From Macrostomum hystrix (lineage: Eukaryota; Animalia; Platyhelminthes), in contig CATNEN010000039.1 of NCBI GenBank assembly GCA_950097015.1, positions 14,508,001 through 14,572,000 on the forward strand: a stretch of 64,000 nt of DNA. Reading direction: 5' to 3'. Both the position numbers and the translations under genes were made by a program. The notes below the pieces were generated by a model. That model had not been told where the DNA came from, ran no database searches, and saw nothing but the letters and a program-made list of their open reading frames with translations. The number at the start of each line of letters is the position of its first letter. Positions within the stretch are counted from its first letter, which is position 1. Shown here in pieces: positions 51,420-62,291 of the stretch.

Positions 51420-54400
51420 TCAACAATCATGATGATTAGCATTGTGGCGACTGTCTGGTGCCTGCAGATCTGATTGGTTGGCAGCGGGGATGATTGCCGA
51501 TTCCTGCTGTGAGTTCAACAGTGATGCAGCCGAAGGTGGGTCTGAAATACATTTGCGTGTACCGGTGCAGGAATCTCTTAGAAGAATAACAGCCAGCTCT
51601 CACCCAAACACAGCCAGCTCTCACCCACACACAGCCAGCTCTCACCCACACACAGCCAGCTCTCACCCACACAGCCAGCTCTCACCCACACAGCCAGCTC
51701 TCACCCACACACAGCCAGCTCTCACCCACACACAGCCAGCTCTAACCCACACACAGCCAGCTCTCACCAACACAGCCAGCTCTCACCCACACACAGCCAG
51801 CTCTCACCAACACAGCCAGCTTTCACCCACACACAGCCAGCTCTCACCAACACAGCCAGCTCTCACCCACACACAGCCAGCTCTCACCCACACACAGCCA
51901 GCTCTCACCCACACACAGCCAGCTCTCACCAACACAGCCAGCTTTCACCCACACACAGCCAGCTCTCACCCACACACAGCCAGCTCTCACCCAAACACAG
52001 CCAGCTCTCACCCACACACAACCAGCTCTCACCAACACAGCCAGCTCTCACCAACACAGCCAGCTCTCACCCAAACACAGCCAGCTCTCACCCACACACA
52101 GCCAGCTCTCACTAACACAGCCAGCTCTCACCCAAACACAGCCAGCTCTCACCCACACACAACCAGCTCTCACCAACACAGCCAGCTCTCACCCACACAC
52201 AGCCAGCTCTCACCAACACAGCCAGCTTTCACCCACACACAGCCAGCTCTCACCAACACAGCCAGCTCTCACCAACACAGCCAGCTCTCACCAACACAGC
52301 CAGCTCTCACCCAAACACAGCCAGCTCTCACCAACACAGCCAGCTTTCACCCACACACAGCCAGCTCTCACCAACACAGCCAGCTCTCACCAACACAGCC
52401 AGCTCTCACCAACACAGCCAGCTCTCACCCAAACACAGCCAGCTCTCACCCACACACAGCCAGCTCTCACTAACACAGCCAGCTCTCACCCAAACACAGC
52501 CAGCTCTCACCCACACACAACCAGCTCTCACCAACACAGCCAGCTCTCACCCACACACAGCCAGCTCTCACCCACACACAGCCAGCTCTCACCAACACAG
52601 CCAGCTTTCACCCACACACAGCCAGCTCTCACCAACACAGCCAGCTCTCACCAACACAGCCAGCTTTCACCCACACACAGCCAGCTCTCACCCACACACA
52701 GCCAGCTCTCACTAACACAGCCAGCTCTCACCCACACACAGCCAGCTCTCACCCAAACACAGCCAGCTCTCACCCACACACAGCCAGCTCTTACCCACAC
52801 ACAGCCAGCTCTCACCCATAGGCCAGGCAGGGGCTGCAGGCATCTGCAGCATTAGCGAGTGTCGGACCATGGCTCCGTACAGGCCAAACTGGGCCATCGC
52901 CGGCGCCTCGGCGCCCCAAGTCTTCTCGGCGCGGCGCCATTTGGCGCGACGATTCTGGAACCAAACCTGAACGCGGTCCTCTGGCAGGCCGGTGGCCAAG
53001 CTGATGGACTCACGCTGACGCACATCCGGGTAGTGCGTCTCGTTGAATGCTCGCTCCAGGCTCTCCAGCTGATGACTGGAGAACACCGTCCTACCCGACA
53101 GTTGGTGTTACAGTGTTAGTGAATCCAGTGTCTAACAGGTTAAATCGATTGTCTAACAGGTTGAATCGATTGTCTAACAGGTTGAATCCAGTGTCTAACT
53201 GATTGAATCAAGTGTCTAACTGGTTGAATCGATTGTCTAACAGGTTAAATCGATTATCTAACAGGTTAAATCCAGTGTCTATCAGGTTGAATCAAGTGTC
53301 TAACAGGTTGAATCAAGTGTCTAACAGGTTGAATCAAGTGTCTAACAGGTTGAATCAAGTGTCTAACTGGTTGAATCGAGTGTCTAACTGGTTGAATCGA
53401 TTGTCTAACAGGTTGAATCCAAGTTCTAACAGGTTGAATCGATTGTCTAACAGGTTAAATCGATTGTCTAACAGGTTGAATCCTAGTTCTAACAGGTTGA
53501 ATCGATTGTCTAACAGGTTAAATCGATTGTCTAACAGCTTGAATCGATTGTCTAACAGGTTGAATCCAGTGTCTAACTGGTTGAATCGATTGTCTAACAG
53601 GTTGAATCCAGTGTCTAACTGATTGAATCAAGTGTCTAACTGATTGAATCAAGTGTCTAACAGGTTGAATCCAGTGTCTAACACGTTGAATCAAGTGTCT
53701 AACAGGTTGAATCAAGTGTCTAACAGGTTGAATCCAGTGTCTATCAGGTTGAATCAAGTGTCTAACAGGTTGAATCAAGTGTCTAACAGGTTGAATCAAG
53801 TGTCTAACAGGTTGAATCAAGTGTCTAACAGGTTGAATCGATTGTCTAACAGGTTGAATCCAGTGTCTAACTGATTGAATCAAGTGTCTAACTGGTTGAA
53901 TCGATTGTCTAACAGGTTAAATCGATTATCTAACAGGTTGAATCCAGTGTCTATCAGGTTGAATCAAGTGTCTAACAAGATGAATCAAGTGTCTAACAGG
54001 TTGAATCCAAGTTCTAACAGGTTGAATCGATTGTCTAACAGGTTAAATCGATTGTCTAACAGGTTGAATCCTAGTTCTAACAGGTTGAATCGATTGTCTA
54101 ACAGGTTGAATCCTAGTTCTAACAGGTTGAATCGATTGTCTAACAGGTTAAATCGATTGTCTAACAGCTTGAATCGATTGTCTAACAGGTTGAATCCAGT
54201 GTCTAACTGGTTGAATCGATTGTCTAACAGGTTGAATCCAGTGTCTAACTGATTGAATCAAGTGTCTAACTGATTGAATCAAGTGTCTAACAGGTTGAAT
54301 CCAGTGTCTAACAGGTTGAATCAAGTGTCTAACAGGTTGAATCCAGTGTCTAACAGGTTGAATCCAGTGTCTAACTGGTTGAATCGATTGTCTAACAGGT

Positions 54401-57400
54401 TGAATCCAGTGTCTAACTGATTGAATCAAGTGTCTAACTGATTGAATCAAGTGTCTAACAGGTTGAATCGAGTGTCTAACAGGTTGAATCAAGTGTCTAA
54501 CAAGATGAATCAAGTGTCTAACTGGTTGAATCGAGTGTCTAACTGGTTGAATCGATTGTCTAACAGGTTGAATCCAAGTTCTAACAGGTTGAATCGATTG
54601 TCTAACAGGTTAAATCGATTGTCTAACAGGTTGAATCCAAGTTCTAACAGGTTGAATCAAGTGTCTAACAGGTTGAATCCAGTGTCTAACAGGTTGAATC
54701 CAGTGTCTATCAGGTTGAATCAAGTGTCTAACAGGTTGAATCAAGTGTCTAACAGGTTGAATCAAGTGTCTAACAGGTTGAATCAAGTGTCTAACAGGTT
54801 GAATCAAGTGTCTAACAGGTTGAATCAAGTGTCTAACAGGTTGAATCAAGTGTCTAACAGGTTGAATCCAGTGTCTAACAGGTTGAATCCAGTGTCTATC
54901 AGGTTGAATCAAGTGTCTAACAGGTTGAATCAAGTGTCTAACAGGTTGAATCAAGTGTCTAACAGGTTGAATCAAGTGTCTAACAGGTTGAATCAAGTGT
55001 CTAACAGGTTGAATCAAGTGTCTAACAGGTTGAATCCAGTGTCTAACAGGTTGAATCCAGTGTCTATCAGGTTGAATCAAGTGTCTAACAGGTTGAATCA
55101 AGTGTCTAACAGGTTGAATCAAGTGTCTAACAGGTTGAATCCAGTGTCTAACAGGTTGAATCAAGTGTCTAACAGGTTGAATCCAGTGTCTATCAGGTTG
55201 AATCAAGTGTCTAACAGGTTGAATCAAGTGTCTAACTGGTTAAATCGATTGTCTTACAGGTTGAATCAAGTGTCTAACAGGTTGAATCTAGTGTCTAACA
55301 GGTTGAATCCAGTGTCTAACAGGTTGAATCCAGTGTCTAACAGGTTGAATCAAGTGTCTAACAGGTTGAATCCAGTGTCTATCAGGTTGAATCAAGTGTC
55401 TAACAGGTTGAATCAAGTGTCTAACTGGTTAAATCGATTGTCTTACAGGTTGAATCAAGTGTCTAACAGGTTGAATCTAGTGTCTAACAGGTTGAATCCA
55501 GTGTCTAACAGGTTGAATCCAGTGTCTATCAGGTTGAATCCAGTGTCTATCAGGTTGAATCGATTGTCTAACAGGTTGAATCCAGTGTCTAACAGGTTGA
55601 ATCCAGTGTCTAACAGGTTGAATCCAGTGTCTAACAGGTTGAATCGATTGTCTAACAGGTTGAATCCAGTGTCTATCAGGTTGAATCCAGTGTCTATCAG
55701 GTTGAATCGATTGTCTAACAGGTTGAATCCAGTGTCTAACAGGTTGAATCCAGTGTCTAACAGGTTGAATCCAGTGTCTAACAGGTTGAATCAAGTGTCT
55801 ATCAGGTTGAATCGATTGTCTAACAGGTTGAATCCAGTGTCTAACAGGTTGAATCCAGTGTCTAACAGGTTGAATCTAGTGTCTAACAGGTTGAATCCAG
55901 TGTCTAACAGGTTGAATCCAGTGTCTATCAGGTTGAATCCAGTGTCTATCAGGTTGAATCGATTGTCTAACAGGTTGAATCCAGTGTCTAACAGGTTGAA
56001 TCCAGTGTCTAACAGGTTGAATCCAGTGTCTAACAGGTTGAATCAAGTGTCTATCAGGTTGAATCGATTGTCTAACAGGTTGAATCCAGTGTCTATCAGG
56101 TTGAATCAAGTGTCTAACAAGATGAATCAAGTGTCTAACAGGTTGAATCCAAGTTCTAACAGGTTGAATCGATTGTCTAACAGGTTAAATCGATTGTCTA
56201 ACAGGTTGAATCCTAGTTCTAACAGGTTGAATCGATTGTCTAACAGGTTGAATCCTAGTTCTAACAGGTTGAATGCAGTGTCTAACAGGTTGAATCCAGT
56301 GTCTAACAGGTTGAATCCAGTGTCTAACAGGTTGAATCGATTGTCTAACAGGTTAAATCAATTGTCTAACAGGTTGAATCCAGTGTCTAACAGGTTGAAT
56401 CCAGTGTCTAACAGGTTGAATCCAGTGTCTAACAGGTTGAATCGATTGTCTAACAGGTTAAATCAATTGTCTTACAGGTTGAATCAATTGTCTAACAGGT
56501 TGAATCGATTGTCTAACAGGTTGAATCCAGTGTCTAACAGGTTGAATCGATTGTCTAACAGGTTGAATCCAGTGTCTAACTGGTTGAATCGATTGTCTTA
56601 CAGGTTAAATCGATTATCTAACTGGTTGAATCAATTGTCTAACAGGTTGAATCCAGTGTCTAACAGGTTGAATCAAGTGTCAAACAGGTTAAATCAATTG
56701 TCTAACAGGTTGAATCGATTGTCTGACAGTTTGAATCCAGTGTCTAACAGGTTAGATAAATAAAGTAACCGCATTTGATTGCTTATCAAAAATCTGCCAT
56801 CTCGTAAGCAGTGATCAGCTGTGTAGAATTTTTCTTCAAATTAAAAATTCAGTTTTTAGATCTTTTGACTAAAATAATTGATTCGAAAATTATAATAAAA
56901 CCTGTTTAATTATTGTCTTTCACTGAAAATATTATTTTTTTATTGAAGATGTTTTTTAATTTGGAAAGCTAATCGTTTAAAGGGCTGCTAACTGACAGCT
57001 GAACAGATTGTCCAAGATCCGCACTCAATGCAAATGCAACTCAATTAGAGACAATCAAATAAAAGCAGTTTTTTGTTTAAAATCGAGTTAATATTTAATT
57101 CGATTTCCACAATAATCACATTCGACAAACTGGGATGAATTTGTCACGCCTCAAACAATGGAAAGTGTTGGGGTTGAGAATTTTTCTGAGTGTCAATTCT
57201 TTCAGCTGCTTTTTTTCAGCGCCGTGTTCTCAACACAACGCATTCATTTTTTCGTCCTATTTGATTATCCGACTAGATATTCTGCCACACTTCAAATAAC
57301 AATTTTTTTATTTAATTAAGCCAGATTTTTTAAGACAATTCCAAGCTTTCTATTTCTAAGCAGTCTCTTAGCTTCTATTTATCTATGCGTTGTTTTCGGC

Positions 57401-60400
57401 ATAAAACATAGGCGGTGGAATCTGCTGTGACCTGTTAGACAGGGCCTGCAGGCGGTGGAATCTGCTGTGACCTGTTAGACAGGGCCTGCAGGCGGTGGAA
57501 TCTGCTGTGACCTGTTAGACAGGGCCTTCAGGCGGTGGAATCCGCTGTGACCTGTTAGACAGGGCCTTCAGGCGGTGGAATACGCTGTGACCTGTTAGAC
57601 AGGGCCTTCAGGCGGTGGAATCCGCTGTGACCTGTTAGACAGGGCCTGCAGGCGGTGGAATCTGCTGTGACCTGTTAGACAGGGCCTTCAGGCGGTGGAA
57701 TCTGCTGTGACCTGTTAGACAGGGCCTGCAGGCGGTGGAATCTGCTGTGACCTGTTAGACAGGGCCTTCAGGCGGTGGAATCCGCTGTGACCTGTTAGAC
57801 AGGGCCTTCAGGCGGTGGAATCCGCTGTGACCTGTTAGACAGGGCCTTCAGGCGGTGGAATCCGCTGTGACCTGTTAGACAGGGCCTTCAGGCGGTGGAA
57901 TCCGCTGTGACCTGTTAGACAGGGCCTTCAGGCGGTGGAATCCGCTGTGACCTGTTAGACAGGGCCTGCAGGCGGTGGAATCTGCTGTGACCTGTTAGAC
58001 AGGGCCTTCAGGCGGTGGAATCCGCTGTGACCTGTTAGACAGGGCCTTCAGGCGGTGGAATACGCTGTGACCTGTTAGACAGGGCCTTCAGGCGGTGGAA
58101 TCCGCTGTGACCTGTTAGACAGGGCCTGCAGGCGGTGGAATCTGCTGTGACCTGTTAGACAGGGCCTTCAGGCGGTGGAATCTGCTGTGACCTGTTAGAC
58201 AGGGCCTGAAGGCGGTGGAATCTGCTGTGACCTGTTAGACAGGGCCTTCAGGCGGTGGAATCCGCTGTGACCTGTTAGACAGGGCCTTCAGGCGGTGGAA
58301 TCCGCTGTGACCTGTTAGACAGGGCCTTCAGGCGGTGGAATCCGCTGTGACCTGTTAGACAGGGCCTTCAGGCGGTGGAATCCGCTGTGACCTGTTAGAC
58401 AGGGCCTTCAGGCGGTGGAATCCGCTGTGACCTGTTAGACAGGGCCTGCAGGCGGTGGAATCTGCTGTGACCTGTTAGACAGGGCCTTCAGGCGGTGGAA
58501 TCTGCTGTGACCTGTTAGACAGGGCCTGCAGGCGGTGGAATCTGCTGTGACCTGTTAGACAGGGCCTTCAGGCGGTGGAATCCGCTGTGACCTGTTAGAC
58601 AGGGCCTTCAGGCGGTGGAATCCGCTGTGACCTGTTAGACAGGGCCTTCAGGCGGTGGAATCCGCTGTGACCTGTTAGACAGGGCCTGCAGGCGGTGGAA
58701 TCTGCTGTGACCTGTTAGACAGGGCCTTCAGGCGGTGGAATCTGCTGTGACCTGTTAGACAGGGCCTGCAGGCGGTGGAATCTGCTGTGACCTGTTAGAC
58801 AGGGCCTTCAGGCGGTGGAATCCGCTGTGACCTGTTAGACAGGGCCTTCAGGCGGTGGAATCCGCTGTGACCTGTTAGACAGGGCCTTCAGGCGGTGGAA
58901 TCCGCTGTGACCTGTTAGACAGGGCCTGCAGGCGGTGGAATCTGCTGTGACCTGTTAGACAGGGCCTTCAGGCGGTGGAATCTGCTGTGACCTGTTAGAC
59001 AGGGCCTGCAGGCGGTGGAATCTGCTGTGACCTGTTAGACAGGGCCTTCAGGCGGTGGAATCCGCTGTGACCTGTTAGACAGGGCCTTCAGGCGGTGGAA
59101 TCCGCTGTGACCTGTTAGACAGGGCCTTCAGGCGGTGGAATCCGCTGTGACCTGTTAGACAGGGCCTTCAGGCGGTGGAATCCGCTGTGACCTGTTAGAC
59201 AGGGCCTTCAGGCGGTGGAATCCGCTGTGACCTGTTAGACAGGGAATCCTTGATTTAGAATTCGCTATAAGCTGTTGGCAATATTTCAGCAGGCTGAAGT
59301 CTGTTCTGAACCAGTTCTATCTATTGAAATTAGTAAAACAAAAGAAAGTATTCGAAAAATTTGCAAATATTTATAGAACATTTTCTGCATAACAGATCGC
59401 TTTTTTAGATTAAATCTCTGTGTGTTGGCTAAATCCCATTTGATCAATTTCCCAAGCTTGGCACAAGAAAAACTAATTCACTCAACGGATTAGCATTGTT
59501 GCTAAGTCCAAGCTCGGATTACAGGAGAATTAAATTTAGGCGCAGTTTGATTAGCAACCAAATTAGCTTCGTCAATTTGAGTTAGGCAGGTGATTTTGAA
59601 AACAGCTGGTGACCTGATGGGAAAATTTGATTTTACGGAAATTATTGAGAAAATTAAATCCCCAGACCCGACGACAACTGACTGCGATTAGCAAAATTAG
59701 GAAATTTTTACCGTGGCTTAAAGACCAGAAAAATAAGCTTAATTGGTTTCTTATCAGATTGTTTATGGAATCTAAACTGATTGATTTGGGATTCTAAACT
59801 GATTGATTTGGGATTCTAAACTGATTGATTTGGGATTCTAAACTGATTGATTTGGGATTCTAAACTGATTGATTTGGGATTCTAAAATTATTATTAAAAA
59901 CGAAATTATTAATTTAGTAACTCTGGATGCCAAACAGATTTTTTTAGGATTCTTAGTTAATTGATCGGGGATATTATAGTTCCATGGAATTAATCAACTT
60001 TTTTTGATTACCTGTGTCGTCTATTCTTTCGTTTTTCGTCTGTCGCGGCTTGATAGCCACCGGCGTAGAGACCCAGGGCGATGCGATGATGGCCGACTGT
60101 GGGATTGATAGATGGATAGATTGATAGATGGATAGATTGATAGATGGATAGATTGATAGATTGATAGGTTGTTGGCAGATAGATAGATAAATTGGTCTTA
60201 GCCCAAGATGTCAATCAGAACCGCTTCTCAGCCGAGAGTCCTGTCGTCAGTTTCTCATTGTGTCAGTCAAATAACTAAAGGCTCCAGTTTCTCACAGGTC
60301 ACAAGTCCTCACTGTATACCCGGTGAAACTCTAAATCGTCAATTGTTAATTAAACTGTTAATTAAACTGTTAATTAAACGGACTAGATTTTTGTTTCTCA

Positions 60401-62259
60401 GTGTGTGGTACCCGAGCTGAGTTGACCAAATCTTACTAGGCTCTATTATTGCAATTTGATTACACGACTACTTAAAAATGCTGTTTATTATTTACATTAC
60501 TAAATTTAAAAATAACCTTGGTTAGTCTTGGTTTGAGAACTAATATGCTACAATTAAGGTAGATGAGTGAGAGTCATTCATCCACCATGAGGGGGTAGGA
60601 GAATGAGAAAGAGGGGTAGGAGAATGAGAAAGAGGGGTAGGAAAATGAGAAAGAGGGGTAGGAGAATGAGAAAGAGGGATAGGAGAATGAGAAAGAGGGA
60701 TAGGAGAATGAGAAAGAGGGGTAGGAGAATGAGAAAGAGGGATAGGAAAATGAGAAAGAGGGGTAGGAGAATGAGAAAGAGGGGTAGGAGAATGAGAAAG
60801 AGGGATAGGAGAATGAGAAAGAGGGATAGGAGAATGAGAAAGAGGGGTAGGAGAATGAGAAAGAGGGATAGGAAAATGAGAAAGAGGGGTAGGAGAATGA
60901 GAAAGAGGGGTAGGAGAATGAGAAAGAGGGATAGGAGAATGAGAAAGAGGGGTAGGAGAATGAGAAAGAGGGATAGGAAAATGAGAAAGAGGGGTAGGAG
61001 AATGAGAAAGAGGGGTAGGAGAATGAGAAAGAGGGATAGGAGAATGAGAAAGAGGGGTAGGAGAATGAGAAAGAGGGATAGGAAAATGAGAAAGAGGGGT
61101 AGGAGAATGAGAAAGAGGGATAGGAGAATGAGAAAGAGGGATAGGAGAATGAGAAAGAGGGGTAGGAGAATGAGAAAGAGGGATAGGAGAATGAGAAAGA
61201 GGGATAGGAGAATGAGAAAGAGGGATAGGAGAATGAGAAAGAGGGGTAGGAGAATGAGAAAGAGGGGTAGGAGAATGAGAAAGAGGGGTAGGAGAATGAG
61301 AAAGAGGGGTAGGATAATGAGAAAGAGGGGTAGGAGAATGAGAAAGAGGGGTAGGAGAATGAGAAAGAGGGGTAGGAGAATGAGGAATACGAGTAGGAGA
61401 ATGAGGAATTGGAGTAGGAGAATGAGGAATTGGAGTAGGAGAATGAGGAATTGGAGTAGGAGAATAAGGAATTGGAGTAGGAGAATGAGGAATTGGAGTA
61501 GGAGAATGAGGAATTGGAGTAGGAGAATGAGGAATTGGAGTAGGAGAATGAGGAATTGGAGTAGGAGAATGAGGAATTGGAGTAGGAGAATGAGGAATTG
61601 GAGTAGGAGAATGAGGAATTGGAGTAGGAGAATGAGGAATTGGAGTAGGAGAATGAGGAATTGGAGTAGGAGAATGAGGAATTGGAGTAGGAGAATGAGG
61701 AATTGGAGTAGGAGAATGAGGAATTGGAGTAGGAGAATGAGGAATTGGAGTAGGAGAATGAGGAATTGGAGTAGGAGAATGAGGAATTGGAGTAGGAGAA
61801 TAAGGAATTGGAGTAGGAGAATAAGGAATTGGAGTTGGAGAATGAGGAATTGTAGTAGGAGAATGAGGAATCGGAGTAGGAGAATGAGGAATTGAGGGTG
61901 ATGGTAGGAGAATGAAGGAGACAGGGTATAATGGGAATTCGTCATTCAAGCCAAGAATCCTCACCAAAGGTAATCTGCGGATTACCAGTGTCAAGCAACC
62001 TGCTTGATCCAGCCGAACTGCTTTGAATGCTTCTTCCGCCAGAAAGTTCCGCAGACCAGTCGAACCGATTTGGCAGTCGGTTTCTGTAGCTGTGACTTAC
62101 CACAGCCAAATAATGCTGCTGCTGCTCCTGCTGCAGTGGAGGCGGTGGCGGTGGCGGTGGCGGTGGCGGAGGTTCGATTCCTAGAAGCCTGTTGATGTCA
62201 AAGCCACCAGCTCCCATGCTGTAATCCCTTGGCATTCGATAAAAGTTGTTGGCTGACAT
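51420..62259 (-). CDS. Vsx: Visual system homeobox (Vsx/Chx10/ceh-10), paired-like homeodomain plus CVC domain
   Basis: Exons 62259-61965 (octapeptide/eh1 FDINRLLG), 60096-60012 (KRKNRRHR), 53090-52816 ([24 protein letters not shown]...[18 protein letters not shown]...[15 protein letters not shown]) and 51541-51420 (tentative). Phases 1/2/1 are consistent. [10 protein letters not shown] is diagnostic of the CVC domain. Confidence 0.92.
51589..52817. repeat. 18-21-bp minisatellite (CACAGCCAGCTCTCACC[CACA]) filling Vsx intron 3
   Basis: The minus-strand unit G|GTGAGAGCTGGCTGTG begins at the exon donor itself. Confidence 0.97.
53120..56753. repeat. 21-bp minisatellite (GTCTAACAGGTTGAATCMAGT)
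   Basis: About 173 units; a 672-bp higher-order repeat starts at 53203 and 53875. Confidence 0.97.
57410..59244. repeat. 40-bp minisatellite (GGCGGTGGAATCYGCTGTGACCTGTTAGACAGGGCCTKCA)
   Basis: About 46 highly homogeneous units with 240-bp and 480-bp higher-order periods. Confidence 0.97.
59772..59885. repeat. 22-bp tandem repeat x5 (CTAAACTGATTGATTTGGGATT)
   Basis: Direct inspection. Confidence 0.93.
60591..61915. repeat. 21-bp purine-rich minisatellite with two sub-domains
   Basis: AGGAGAATGAGAAAGAGGGGT switches to AGGAGAATGAGGAATTGGAGT at about 61380. Confidence 0.97.
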
Positions 62260-62291
62260 ACCGCGAGTAGTTTGCTCCAATTTAAACTCCG

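Noticed and set aside
54442-56763. 773-aa heptad ORF (RLNQVSN)n resembling a coiled coil
   Set aside because: It is a 21-bp array antisense within Vsx intron 2; the same frame carries TGA variants upstream, and there is no unique flanking coding sequence.
57410-59244. CRISPR-like regular repeats (also 20120-20464 and 47430-48968)
   Set aside because: Head-to-tail units with no unique spacers, no cas genes, and a eukaryotic context.
62095-62101. GTAAGT donor inside Vsx exon 1
   Set aside because: It is phase 0 and cannot join the phase-1 acceptor at 60096; the donor at 61964 fits.
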